Shown here: positions 44,845 to 58,442 of the stretch, one piece after another | How the letters are laid out: each line of letters begins with the position of its first letter | Position numbering within the stretch: the first letter of the stretch is position 1 | From: Neoechinorhynchus agilis | Lineage: Eukaryota; Animalia; Acanthocephala | DNA: 64,000 nt | Direction: 5' to 3' | Assembly: GCA_051530055.1 (NCBI GenBank) | Contig: CM121342.1 | Span: forward strand, 10,617,480 to 10,681,479 | Translations under genes and position numbers: made by a program | Notes under the pieces: generated by a model | The model's database searches: none | What the model was told of the DNA's origin: nothing | What the model saw: the letters and a program-made list of their open reading frames with translations, nothing else

Positions 44845-45575
44845 ATGCGGTGGTATGGTGGATCAATGGAGAGACAGAAATGGTGTTCAATTAAAAAAAT
44901 GAACTGCGCGGGCGCTAAAGTGAATGTTACACACACTGAGACGAAACATGAGAGCGAGAGAAATAGGGCGTTGATCTTCACATCAGTTTGTTTTTTGAGC
45001 ATGCATATGTTTAAAATTTTAATCGCTTAATAGTGAACTGTGGTGTGTACATAATCATCACCCGGTCGAATTTTTCTTCGAAAACAATGATGAGGCGAGG
45101 TTATTTATTTCGAAATATCTCAAATAAATCAAATAGCTTATGACCGGGTGTGTACGGTCACTAAAAATATATACTTTGATTAACCCTAAAATATTTTCTC
45201 TGTCGATGATTAATCATTTTATTCTTCGCGAAATATTTGAGGAAATCTCGCCTAAGTTTGGAAGCAATGATTGATAAGGCGAGGTTGCGAACAATAAAAT
45301 GATTTTTAACCGGGTGGTGATTATGTTCACACCACAAGTCAAAAATTACCACCCCGATATGGATTTTCTCTCCATATGATTAATCGCTCAAAAACAGCTT
45401 TGTCGAATTAATCATTTAAAAAATGTCTCGAATTTCTACCGGAAAAAATCGCGACGTTCATTAGAAAATGAATTTAAAAATCATTATGATCGTTCTGAAG
45501 AAGTGATTCAAAGCTCAGAAATCAAATAAAAGTTGCATTTATTTTTATCATTGGACAATTCGAAAAACAGTAGAT

Positions 45576-46590
45576 GTGTCGTTGCCTGCGTTTTTAGGAT
45601 CATTCGAAGGGAGTAGGGATCTGTTAAACCGTATATTGGGACCCATGTTCTGTTTAGCGGACGAATTTCTGCTAGCGAACCAGGAATGGTGGGAGAGGAC
45701 GGGTTACAACCAAGTTCCCGTGAATGGCCTAAAGCAGTCTCTATCTGGGATAAATCTGTAGTCGCCCGAGCTCATAGTTCTCTAATTTCAGGCTCTCGCG
45801 ACAAGGTCGACCGGGCTAAATTGCTGGCAGTCTCTATAAGAGAATCGGGAGCATGGTTAGAAGCCCCTATCCATTGCATTCGCAGGAACACTCCTCGTAG
45901 ACGAAGCAGTTCGGATCGGAGTTTCCCTCAGATTAGGTCTATCGATTTGTGTCGAACATCGTTGCCAGTTTGGAATGATCGTGGATCCACTGGGGAGACA
46001 TGGTCTTGTTTGCAACAAATCAGGGGGTCGTTTCTCACGGCATGCTGAATTGAACGACGTAATTTCGCGTGCCCTAAATGCGATGAACGTCCCAAACATT
46101 TTAGAGCCAAGCAACCCGTGCCGACTCGATGGTCGTCGTCCGGATGGCGTAACTGTATTCCCGTGGCGAGAAGGCAAATGTTTTCTCTGGGACGCCACGT
46201 GTGTAGACACGTTCGCGGCAAGTAAAAGGAGGTTTGTGGTGCAGTCCCCAGGGGGAGAGCAGCTACTTCCGCGGAGGATCGAAAGGTGGCGAAATATAAA
46301 GAATTAAGTAGGTCTCACGTTTTTGTATCCTTCGGAGTGGAGACTCTTGGTGCGCTCGGTAGCTCGGCACTTAGATTTACGGAGTAGTTATCGAGTGGAC
46401 TCCAGGCCAAGACAGAAAATACAAGAGCTAGTGCCTTCCTGCGCCAAAACATTGGTCTCGCGATCCAAAGAGGAAGCGCAGCGAGTGTGATCACGACCAC
46501 TGAGGGAAGAGCGATGCCTCTTCTTCGTGGACGGTGGTGATGGTTTAAACGTTTTATTATTGTGTGTGTAACAAAGTATAAAATAAACTG
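45576..46590 (+). mobile_element. CRE/RLE-type non-LTR retrotransposon 3' part
   Basis: [50 protein letters not shown]; near-identical to 60640-61530 in opposite orientation. Confidence 0.88.
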
Positions 46591-46875
46591 TTACTTATAA
46601 AAAAACTAAAAAGCTGAAATTATATTTAAAAAAGGCGAAAGCGATTCCATGTTCTTGTTTTGTTATTTTCAGTAGAACGAAAGCAAAAAAAGGGCATTTC
46701 AGCAGAAACGTTAGGAAACGAGAAAATTCCCTTTTAATTTTTACGCCATAAACAAGCGCTTTATTGTTTAGGTACAAGAGATCCCTGATTATCGCGAGCA
46801 TTGTGGTAGCCATCTAGCAACAACTAGTTTGTTATTCGAAGTCTGCCTTCCAACTAGCACACGCTATCTATATAT

Positions 46876-47241
46876 GTGTGTGGTCCCAATCGATATTCAA
46901 TGCGACACACATACTTTTATGTGTATGGCATGGATCGATACTTAGCGCGCATCACAGGCATCTTCAAAAGAAAACCGGAACAAATAACGTTTGCGAACGT
47001 AGTCTACCGCATCCCTTGCAACAATTGCGAAATGGCCTACGTAGGTGAAACAATGCGGTGTTTAACGGCACGGATGCGGGAACACAAATACGCCTTACGA
47101 TGTGGCGATACCACGTCAGCGATTCTAAATCACGCTCACTTAACCACCCACTCAATAGGATTCGACAAGACCGACGTTCTCCGTACCGAAAGTAGAAAAT
47201 TCCATCGACTTGTAAAAAAGAGTCGATACATATTGAAATGA
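46876..47241 (+). mobile_element. Penelope-like element fragment (GIY-YIG endonuclease)
   Basis: NVVYRIPCNNCEMAYVGETMRCLTARMREHK..SAILNHAHLTTHSIGF. Confidence 0.85.
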
Positions 47242-47877
47242 CCAACACGATGGAAGGGAACAAAGCAAAAGTTTCCCTCCAACTACCTGTAGTTGGCCTA
47301 AATGCACCCAGGAGGCTGGTCTTCGCCTACAAAGATGACACTCCCAGGTTCCCGAGTCAAAACGAACAATCATGTGGTATGTGTTTGTGACAAATTCCTC
47401 TGTAATTTTTAGATTGAATTGGTCAAATAACTCGGATCCAATCAGTCGAAATATACATTCGTCTTTAACGGTCTCCCTCGGGTGTCGACAAGCGACCAAA
47501 ACAACAACATATCCAACCACCAGAATGAAATCCTCAACCTAATAAAAAAGCGCCCTTCTAGTTGCTTAATCAAATACAAACAAGAATCGCAACTATCTCG
47601 TTTGAAATACTAATTGATTTTAAGTTCTGTCAAAATCTTTATTTCCGAGATCTTTCGCCGACTTACGGCTTAAAAAACTCAAGAATCTACAAAGGCGAGT
47701 AGAGATGTGAAGTAGCGACATTGAAGTGTGGAAAGTTGGTGTAAGCTAATGTCTCCCCTCCCCGCGTTCCACTATGATTGTTGGGGATTTAAAAATATTG
47801 AGATCAGTTTTCCCTATAACAATTACCGTTCACGCTACAACCAATATCTCGTGTATAAAATCGAAAATTAATTGCGA

Positions 47878-48367
47878 TCACAAATACATGTCTCCATCGG
47901 CCGGTTGTTCAAGAGACCGAATATTTGATGCTTTCATGGAATCACGAATATCCTTTAGAATATCCTTGATGCATTTATCCGGGGTCCACCCTTTGAGACT
48001 ATACAAAGCGCTTGGATTAACCTACACATTCAAAGACGGTCGAAGGTCAGCCATGATCGCTCCGACGCACCTTTCCAGTGCTTCCGACGTACGGAAGATT
48101 GACTTTGTTCACAAATCGAATCATAGGCGGTTTGTTGGGATAATCAGGACCGCATTCAATCTTTAGAGAATACATCCGACCTTGGAACGTCGTCATATGA
48201 GGCCCAATAATCATTCCATTCCAATTCGTCATTGATGCATCGTCTTCGGTCTCAAGACCCCAACTTATAGTGCCGTCACTTCCGCCGCGGTTACTGTCTT
48301 CGTATTCATCCAGAAGCTTAAAACTCCGAGGAACCACCACACCCGAAGACTGATACGGCTTCCGCAT
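47878..48367 (-). CDS. UBE2V: Ubiquitin-conjugating enzyme variant (MMS2/UEV1), GT-AG intron 48070-48022
   Basis: VVVPRSFKLLDEYE, DGTISWGL, WNGMIIGP, YSLKIECGPDYP; exon 2 VNPSALYSLKGW..EQPADGDMYL. Confidence 0.93.
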
Positions 48368-49167
48368 CTAAAATTCGAGTAAAGCTGAAAATTTAAACTA
48401 ATACAAAAAAGAGACAATCGAGTCCAGCGAGATCAAAAAAGGCAATCGACATCCACAACTTAAACGCCCCCCGAAGAAATGGAGGTGCCAAAAAACAAAC
48501 GAACGAAACCCCTCAGCTTTTCCACACCAAAAATTAGCAGCCCATTTAAAAATAACAATTTTTATCAGATAATTAATACGGTTCTTTCGTATCTTTTGCG
48601 ATCGTGACGTCAAAAGTATTTTTATAGATTTTTCACCTTCTCGTAATTTAAATTCCCAGGCGCTCAAAGCGCGTCTCTGTCCCCTTTTGTCTTGACGATC
48701 CGGCATTCCCTTTCTTGTAATAATTCTCTGATAAAGAATCGTTTTGTTGCGCCATTTTTTTTGAACATTGGTTAAAGATTCTGAGCTGATTGACGGAAAT
48801 AATCGTCTCAATGGCGACGGATCGAGGCATTTGAACTTCTCCCTTTTTTTCGGTGCTCCGGGAAGGAGACAGTTTCCCACTGAACTTTTCGGTCTTTTAC
48901 CGTCATCTCGGCTTAAACCCACCGGTTTGTAAAAGCTGTAAGTTTTAGAGCAGTGGCGATTGTGAATGGCTATCGTTTTGAGGCAATCGATGTCCTACTT
49001 AGCGTCGAACTTACATTTCGCAGGGATTAAGCAATCAACGCCGAAACGCAATGCCAAAACGAGACCAAAGGAGCGGCTAACCATTTTTGTAAAAAATCGA
49101 AGGGATTGGTAAAACGTTAACGGATTATTTAGTTGCAGCCACGAGTAGGCGTAAAAAATTAAGTCAA

Positions 49168-49310
49168 TGCGCTCACACTGTTAGGGGAAATTATTAAAAT
49201 CAAAAATCTTTTTGATCGGTTATTTTGAGCTTAAATTTTTGCCACGAACAGTTTTAAAAAATTAAATGTCCCCATGCTTTATCGAAAAGTCACCATTTTT
49301 AGACTTCGAG
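49168..49310. repeat. ~140-bp dispersed repeat, second copy at ~62660-62800
   Basis: ctcacactgttaggggaaattattaaaatcaaaaatctttt...aagtcaccatttttagacttcgag at both loci. Confidence 0.85.
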
Positions 49311-49744
49311 TGTGTAGTGATAACCTACTCGACGTTGCAAAAAATAATAATTTATTCGTCAAAGGCAAACCATGGATCGACCGCTGTCGCTGAATAACCA
49401 AAGCAACATTCTATAGTTAAGTATTCGTTCTTTTTATTTGAGGTCACAATCCGATCCACTGCATGGATTTGTTGGCCCAGTATGCTGAGGAAATCCACTC
49501 AAAGGGTAGTCTCGACAGGGTTTTCAAGAATACACAGCGGAATTTTAGGCGTTGTTCTGGAGGCCTTCCTCTGATCGACGTTGCATTTAGTGATAACCTA
49601 CATTACGTTACATATGCAGTATTGATTGCCCCTGTGTAACGTACATTAGTCAAAATGTTTTGATTTGTTTCAATTGTTTCGATTTAGTTAATAAAAGCCT
49701 TCGCTAAAGGTATACAACAATTTTATTAACTATAATAACAAAGA

Positions 49745-51040
49745 CTATCCCACGACAAATATGGACGGGGACTGTCGTCTAGTTGGCATTGTCAAAGGCT
49801 TCCATGTTCCGCAATCACTCGGAAACAAAGAAGCAGGTTCGTAATCTATCACATCTAATCGATTGATGAATTCGATCTTCTTTGTTTGATTCCCTAGTTG
49901 AAACGAAACTTTCGAATGTTTCCTTAAAAAGGGTAAACCGAGAATGATTGGGCAACACATCCTGGACAACTCGTTGAATACTATGTTTGAATACGTTTGT
50001 CCGTTTATGATGATATTCAGATTACAGCGAGATGAACTATCCATTATTCTATCGATGTTTGCCATTACAACTTTTTTCGAACATGCTTCTGTCTTTGCGT
50101 TGAGCTACCGTGCTAAATCAGAGTCAATGAAGTTGGTTGTGCTTCCGCTGTCTACGAGTGCCTTCGATGCATACCCTTCGATTTCTATATCCATAATTGA
50201 GTCCTTGAGTTCAGAATCATATCCTTTAGTAGCACTTGAGGCGATGGTCGAAACCGTGGCTTTTTCTTTATTTCTCAACTTTGACTCACATACAGCTTGA
50301 AAATGACCGTTCCTATTGCAATAATGACATACCGCATTTCGTGCTGGACACTGAGTCCCACGATGATACCATTTCCAGCAATACCGGCAGTGTTTTCGTG
50401 CTCGTTGAAGCGTAGCAACCGTATGTTCTCCGTTGGACGGTGTCTCAGTGTGATCCTCCATACGATCTTTTGCTGTCACGGAATTAATTACTGAATCGCG
50501 ATTCCAGGGCAAATACTCGTTCGCAGTTGAAATGCTTTGGTTTTATCGATATCATTCTACTCCAATAAACGCTGTCGAATGCTGTTAGAGCTGATTCCCG
50601 AAATAAAAGTGTCACACAACAGCATGCCTTTTGATTGTTCAGCAGTTAGTGGTTCAAATGAGCACTTTCTTGCAAGAGTTTCTAAGCTCTCTATATATTG
50701 AGTGATCGTCTGCCCTGTTCGTTGCTTGGTTGTACACAACTTGTGACGTTGAAAGATATTGTTACTGCGCTTCACGAGAAGTTTTGAGACAACATCGATT
50801 GCTTCTTCATATGATGGAGAGTCGACAATTCGTTCGTACACTTGAGCAGATACGCTTACTCGCAACAGATCGATTTTGTCGTTTTCGTCATGAGTATTGG
50901 AGCGTCGGAGAAACAATTCAAATCGGTACCGATAGTGTCGCTATAATTGTTCAGCCTCTGGGTTCTCAATTGCGATCGTCAAGACGTCTGGTTTGAAGTA
51001 TTTGTCCGCCAATGGACTATACTTGTAGTCTGAATCCATA
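49745..51040 (-). mobile_element. Ty3/Gypsy-like gag-protease fragment
   Basis: QRTGQTITQY..LARKCSF, DTFISGISSNSIRQRLLE, CRYC..H..CPA..CHYCNRNGHFQAVC, ALVDSGST, IILGLPFL. Confidence 0.85.
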
Positions 51041-51539
51041 TTGATTGGACGAACGGCACACGTTTGCTTTTTTTTAGTTAATAAAATTGTTATATACCAG
51101 TTGTGAGGTTTTTATTAACTAAAAAAACAATCGTGGCAAACCACTTAATAATAATAATTTTTTATTAACAGCACATGTTTAGTTACAATTTTGTATACCG
51201 ACTGATCATTTTATGTACTCCTTCCTATTTGTACAACCATTTATCCATATTGTTCGATAACGACATATAATCTTCGTGACTCAGAAAGTTGGCTTCTTTA
51301 AGTAGGACCTCACCAAATGTATGCCGCCGTTCGAGTGGACGACCGCGGCTAAAAAATGATAGGGCTGAGATTGCCCATATTTTCCATACTTGCCTTTGTT
51401 TCACATAGTTAAGCTGTAATTTTAACGCTCTGTGGTGATAGCGTTTAGCTAATTTTAGAATTTTTTAAACTGTAAAATATCCGGTTTTTCGTTAAGTCTA
51501 GAGTTAAAAGTGTAGCCTGATATTTTTATTTTGTTAACC

Positions 51540-54500
51540 GATGTTTTACTTTCCTGGTTGCGCATGGGTAGTAGCTGTTTTCTAATTATTCCTTTTAATT
51601 TTTTTATTGATATAAGAGCTTCCCGCCACAGCCATAATTTTGGTTTTATTTGGATTTAGTTTAAGACCCATTATTTGTGATTGCCTATCTAAGAAATCCA
51701 CAAGAGCTGTGAGAACTGGCAATTCCCACGCATTTTCAGTACAAATCGTCGCACTGATGTCATCCGCATAGAGGATTGTTTTAACCCCTTTCCTATTAAA
51801 ATACGAGATATACTGCATGGTAATTAAGAAAAGGATAGGTGACAATGAGCTACCTTGAGGTAGACCTTTTGCTGCGTATAAAATTTCCTGGTCTTTATCG
51901 TCTTCAAAATAGAATGACTTTGTCATCAGAATATCCTTGATACGGATTAAAATGCCTTATGGAAAATACAGAAAAGACATAGTTGATCAGGAATTGAAGA
52001 TTTATGTTGTCGTAAGCAGCCGAAAAGTCAAAAGAGATTAAACATTTATATCTACAATTGTTGCTAAATAGAGATTTATAGATTTCGTTGACAGCCGATG
52101 TGACAGAACGTCCTTGGAAAAACCCGTGGCAATTGCTACTTATAATATCTTTGTCGATACAAAATTTCATAAAATAGTCGGCAATCGCCTTTTCATAAAT
52201 TGATACCAAGGAATTTTGAATTGATGTGGGTCTTATGTCCGATGGGGCTGCAATTTTCCGTTTGTTTGCTTTCGCAATCAATATCGTTCTTGAAGTGTTT
52301 ATTTGAAGCCATTCTTGCCTAGATGCACGAAGGAGACATGCAACAATTAATGTTCTAATTGGATACTCCACATATTTTAGACATTTACATGGAGCACTTA
52401 GATTATTCGATGATAATTTTCCCATTCTGTTCCAAATTTTGATTATGTCGTCGGGAACTAAATCTCCTTTATTCAAAGATTGTAGACGGGGAAGTTTCAA
52501 CCACTCATTTTCAGGTGGTTCATTTTTTGCGTCAAAGGAAAGACTTACGAAGATTTCCTTCAAAACTGTTGCAGGGGAAGATGATCTCATCCACCCAACA
52601 GCCTTATCGTTCCATCTTGTGAATTTCGTTTTTTTGATAATCTTCCAAAATGATTTTGAGGATGTGGAGAGGTTTTTTTCTTTCCTGTGGTGAACCAAGT
52701 GGAGGTTATAGTTGCACGTCCAGTATTTTTTACTCCAAATTTTTTTCCATTAGAATATCCTGGTGTTGGTCGGCTATTTTAATTTTTGATGCGCAATGGC
52801 GAAGGAAATTAGAAGATATATTATTCCGCATCGAGTAATAAGGTATTGAGAGGAAGGTATGTGAAAAATCGCTAAGTAACGAATTCCATTCGTATAAATT
52901 GCGAATACCATGTATCAAGGATTGTTTAATTGTCAGGTTAAAAAAGGCCACGTTAATTGGTGAAAAGCGGTATCTTCTAAATAAAGTCCTCCGAAATTCT
53001 CCAGTAGATGATATCATGGTAACTGTTTTCTGGTATGGCGACCTGCTTTATGACCGAGAAACATTTTAGTCGGTCCAATGGCACAAAACACCCGTCGTAC
53101 CATGAGTTTACATTTGTTGAAGTACGATGAAAAGTGGGCTGAGTGGGGGTTAGGAATGCATGTGTACTCTCTCTGTTAGCTATGACCTTGGTCCATTTTC
53201 CCGGGGGATCATTAAAATCCCCAAATAAAAAGATATTGCCCAGACATATAAGGTTATTGATGATAGATTTGGTTACCTCCTTATGCATGAGACTAGGTCT
53301 CACATAGATATTACCCACCAATATTTCCTTATCATTGCATCGGATTTGAAAAATCGCAAATGACACATTTTCAGCAGTGAAGCCTTGAATAAGAGAGGCT
53401 AGTAATTTTTCCTTGAAGATCGTCAATAAACCGCTTGAATTCGGTTTTAGAGGGAATGTGGGGAAAACATCGTATTCCAAAAGTAAGGATGATGCAAGTA
53501 TATTTGAGTCTATTGTGGCTTTTTTTGCTTCCCGAATGCAAATTATATCCTCCTTTATGGGTTTTATGCCACGGCTCCACCCGAGTTCCATTGTAGGCAA
53601 GTAATGTTTAGTGGTGCTGGCGAGGGCCTACTAGGCATCATTTAGTGTTATCGGTTAAAGCATTTGAGTCGCTTGTAAACATTCGACTTTCAACAATTTT
53701 GAAAGTATTCCGCTGAGTTTTCGATTTAATTTTGTCCGACTTAATAGATCCACTTCTCTTACCTGCGTGGGTTGCCACTGGATGAGCATCATTTCTATTA
53801 GGTAACGATTGATTGTTGATGTTCGTTGCCATCATTAATGTTAGTAGTTGTATTTGTTGAGCTAGCTGATTCTGAAAGGTATTGAACAGTGTCGTGATGC
53901 GTTGGGACATTTCGTGTAGGACATTCTCCATGATTTTTTGGTATAAGTCCTCTTCATTAATGGTGGTCGGTATTGTTGTTGAAGACGTCTGTTGGATATC
54001 CACAGCTTTTTTGATGAGTATTGGATATTTTAGCTGTAATTTGTGAGTTGCTGGAATTCGATCTCATAAATCCTGATTTATATGCGTCGGAGTATGATTT
54101 GAAACAAGGACATCCTTCGTAGTAACTCCGATGGTTCTCTGCGCAATTGCCACATTTGATATTAGTGTTTGTGCATGCGGACATGTGATGATTCTCGGAG
54201 CAATAACAGCATTTTTGTTTTTTGTTTAGACAATTTTGGTTCCAGTGTCCCCATTGAAGACAAATGCTGCATTGTGGATAAATTAAATTGCAGTCACTGT
54301 TGGAATTTCTGGAGAATCTGATTTCCATACATTGAAATATCCACTGTTGGGACAAGGTTTGAGGAAATTACCCCACGTCTCTTCTTTAGATGCTATTGGT
54401 ATTGCTGTGATTTTGGAAACATAATTCTCTTTTTTGATTGGTCTATCAATGTAGTTGTATTGTGTACGATTATAGTCGTTGCTTGAAGTCTGCTGATATT

Positions 54501-54560
54501 CCTCTGATGAAGATAGGTTTTGCATTTGGGTAAGTATCATTTCCTTACCACACATTCCAC
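51540..54560 (-). mobile_element. Decayed LINE with three-CCHC ORF1, APE and RT
   Basis: CSICLQWGH..CCYCSENH..CGNCAENH; NIYVRP..GDFND; DIRPTS, HGFFQGRS, DFSAAYD, GLPQGSSLSP, YADD. Confidence 0.85.
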
Positions 54561-54824
54561 TCTGGTTAAAGGTTGAGGTTTGACAGCAGCTGCTCTCTTG
54601 CCTTTGAGGATATCGGAATCCTCATCGAGAAGTTGGTTGAACGATTGTCCTCCACCCCTGTTCCTCCACGGTCATCAGGAGGATCAGGTTCTCTCGAAAT
54701 CGTAGTTGTTGTTGGCACGCATTTTTCATTGTTACGAAAATTGCGCATTTTTGACAAAACCACTAGGTGCAATATCGATTACCACTTCTGTAACGCAATG
54801 TAGATTTATCGCTACAAGGACCCA

Positions 54825-55290
54825 AAAAACGCTTTCCCTGCCAAGCATTCTAGAACCCACTAATCTTTGCAGATTAGATTGGCGTGACCGTCTTCCTTGG
54901 CGGGAGGGAAAATGGTTGTTGTGGGATGCAACTTGTGTGGACACGTTGGCAAACTCCAACATCAGCCACTCGAAAAAAGGTTCAGGAGGAGCGACGACGG
55001 CGGCAGAGGAGCGGAAATGCTCGAAATACAGGGAGCTAATCCGAAACTACCATTTTGTCCTCTTCGGTATGGAAACGTATGGGGCCTTGGGAGGGTCAGC
55101 ACTGGCCCTTGTGAAGGACTTGGGGGAACGAATCAACGCGGCGACTGGAGAGCCAAGATCGACTTCGTTCCTAGCCCAAAAAATAAGCATTGCGGTGCAG
55201 TGGGGCAATGCGGCCAGCATTTTGGCCAGCGCCGATGAATAGGAGCGGAGAGGTTGTAAACAATGCACAGATTGCGTATAAAAATAAAAT
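54825..55290 (+). mobile_element. CRE/RLE-type non-LTR retrotransposon 3' fragment
   Basis: [49 protein letters not shown]. Confidence 0.85.
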
Positions 55291-55369
55291 GTCTTTTTTT
55301 AAAAATAAATAATCTTATGGAAACTAAATCTGTTTATTATGACATAGAACCTGGCCGTACTCGTTTTTT

Positions 55370-56050
55370 TTAAATACGGTGTACCACAGGGATCTCCACT
55401 GTCCCCTACTCTGTTTCTAATTGTAATTATATATTTTTAAGAATATTGTGGCTAAATCAAAATCGGTGTACCCTCTGATTTACGCAGATGACATTTTTTA
55501 TCTTTTGTAAACGTAAAAGTAGGACTTTCCTCTTAAATCATATAGATTCCTTTTTAATAAGGTTACAGAACGGCCTCAAGGAAGGTAATTTAGTCGTTAA
55601 TCCATCGAAAACAGTTATCCTACCACTTACTAAATCTTGCTCCTCTAGGGCTCAATTGAAAAAGATCTGGCTTCGCATTCAACATTTTCAGCTTTTTTAT
55701 TCAAGAAACACAACCGAATACTTGGCATGGATTTTCTATCAAATAGGCAACGTTTTTGATTAATTCCTCGCTCTCTGGAATATTTTATAAAGCAAGAAAT
55801 CTATTGAATCGTATGCTTCGCATTGGGCTCACTTTTAATTATATTTATAGAATTTTAATTACGCTTTTTGGAGGTTCATTATGTTTCTTTGCAAGGGAAC
55901 GTCCTCCTGAATTTCGATTGGCTTTTTTCAATCAGTTTATTAAAAAACTGAAGAACATTTTGAAAAGGTCATCGTTGCCAAATCGAAGTCTCCTCTCGAC
56001 CCTACACCGTATGTAGTATTATTCTCCTCATTTTCCAGTCAATAAATTTT
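55370..56050 (+). mobile_element. Decayed LINE RT fragment
   Basis: ggtgtaccacagggatctccactgtcccct (GVPQGSPLSP) and tacgcagatgac (YADD) in broken frames. Confidence 0.65.
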
Positions 56051-56859
56051 TATTTTTTAAGAATGAAATTTATTTAGTCTCTTTAAAAGCGAGGGCACTA
56101 AATATCAAACCTGATCATATTCTGATAAAACTTAATCTCACCAAGAAGCTTGACTTTTATATTTTATTCACTAATTTAATTCAAAAGGACAAACTGGAAA
56201 TTATTGTGTAATTGAGTCTCTATTTTAGACCAGTAAACAGGTTAGTTTTTTCTATGGAGGGAAAGGAGGAGTCCGGGGGGTACTGAGATCTACTCTAACT
56301 CGAGACTTCCTTTCTCGTCCTACTACTAACATATACATTTAGATTTGGATAATGTATGCAAATTCATAGATTCTTTAAAAAAGACCTTGAATATATGCGC
56401 AACAAATAAATAAATATAAAATCACACATTCGCGTCATCAAATTTAATTTGCTTTCCACAGTTCCAAACATGATTGGCTATTGCCAGGGAAGCATCGTAA
56501 CGCCTAAATGCTTTTTGTGTTGTGCGATCCCTTTCTTTAGTCTTGGTTTGATTTCTACCACAAATTTAGGTGAGCAGTCTTTGCAGTGGACCGCGGATGC
56601 AACTTCATGCTTTTCATATTTTGACTTATTTTTAAGGATGCCTGCAAGGTTTTACCACCGTTTTATAGTGCACAAAATTATCGTCTTGTCGCAGGGAAGG
56701 CAAATCGACAAATTTTATCCCTGTGTATTTTTTGTTTATCAAACGTATTACTGTTATCGATGTTCTTTGCTTCTCTGCTTTCCGAGCTTTTTTTATGAAG
56801 TGCATTTATATTTGTTATGATCCCAGAGGATCCCACTCGAGAGACTATCGCAGTGTCGC

Positions 56860-57200
56860 CAAATATCAAGTCGCCATCGTTACACATCGCGACGAATGGT
56901 AATAAGTTCGAGAACTACCTTTTTTTTAATGCAGCTGTTAACTGCATGACGGTTGATCGAATTGAAAGCATTCCTGGAGCATAGAATGATTATGGCAGAA
57001 GATACCTCCAGGCCATGTTCGGCAATACATCTTTCGGCGTGGACAGACGCCTTGACATCTCCAGGAACACCAACACCAAGTTGAAACGGTAGGATCATGT
57101 CCATTACCAAAGGAGATTGGATTTTGTAGGCAATCTTGGCGCCTAATCGGCGGAAGGTGCAACCAATCGCAATGTTCTTCACCCTGCCATTTCGCACCGC
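56860..57200 (-). mobile_element. CRE-type RT fragment
   Basis: IAIGCTFRRLGAK..FQLGVGVPG..ASVHA..NAFNSINR. Confidence 0.7.
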
Positions 57201-58442
57201 AAAGTATATATTATCGAGGGCTCGATTTTACCTCTGAACAACATGCTTTTGAGTTGGCCAGGTGATTTTATCAAGCGGGCCCGGGCTGCACCACTCGATG
57301 TGCTGATAGGGTCCTGAAAATGGGAGGTGTTCACCAGAGGAAGATGATGGGAATAAGTAAAGGCCGGATAGTATTGCAGATTCCGACGTGTAGGATTCGA
57401 AGTAAGCGCATGTCGAGAAGGGTCGGAAACTTGGCTTGAAGTTCAAATGCCTTTTTTCGGGTGAATATCTCGGAGTATTTCGATAATTTGTTTATTCCGA
57501 CGAACCGTCCTTCAGTCGCTTAGGGGACTCTCAAATACTGCAATTGATTGCCGCAGAGCATAAAGGGGCTGTAGGGTGCACTCATTGAACGCGAAACGCT
57601 GATTTAGCGAATGAATGTAAACGGGATTTCGTCGAGAGGGTCGTCGCAAACGCATGTATTTCGCCACTATCGTGGGTTTCGCTGGTCGAGGGATACGCCG
57701 GATTAAGTGATTAATGACGTTTCAAACCTCGCCGGGTTCATCCGAAACGTCTTTAATAAATAATCGTTTACCGCGGGTGTAGACTTCTAAACAATAATTC
57801 CAATCACATTCCCCGGTATCTCACATATGGACACAGTCGGATATACGTTTGCAAACAGTAAAAGATAAACATATTCTAGATTTAAAGAAGAGTTGCATCC
57901 AGAATTCATCGAAACAGAAACTTCATCATCATCAACCAAGCAAACAGTAAACCTTTGAGGTATTTTTTATCTACAAATACAATGAGGAGGTTGTATGCAT
58001 TTTTTGTTCCAGCCCGAAAGCAACATATAAGTTTGGCAGTGGAAAAGTGGGATGAATGGAAACTTGATTACTTTAAGAGACATATTGGTCAGAAAAGTCA
58101 TATTGATTCAGTTATAGACTTGCACAAAGCGAATTGGGTGCAATCGTGCGGATGATAACTAAAAGCGGTGAAGATCGTGATTCAAGCGGTTAGACTTTTG
58201 ATTGATAATGTAATTTTTGCTGTTAAAATGAACACGTCAATGCTCAGTGTATAAGATATTAATGATCGTGTTGCAAAGGATACTGAAGTTCCTGAAAACT
58301 CTCGTAGGTGAAACTGCTTTTGAGATGATTTTATGACTGAATTGCGAGGGTCAGCTTGCAAAACGCTTTTTGGCGGATAGTCAAATCGACCTCTAGTGAC
58401 AGTGAATCTATTGAGAAGGCAATAAATTTTATATTTTTTCAA

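Noticed and set aside
48398-48922. 174-aa ORF upstream of UBE2V
   Set aside because: No recognisable motifs, overlaps the presumptive 5' region; probably non-coding.
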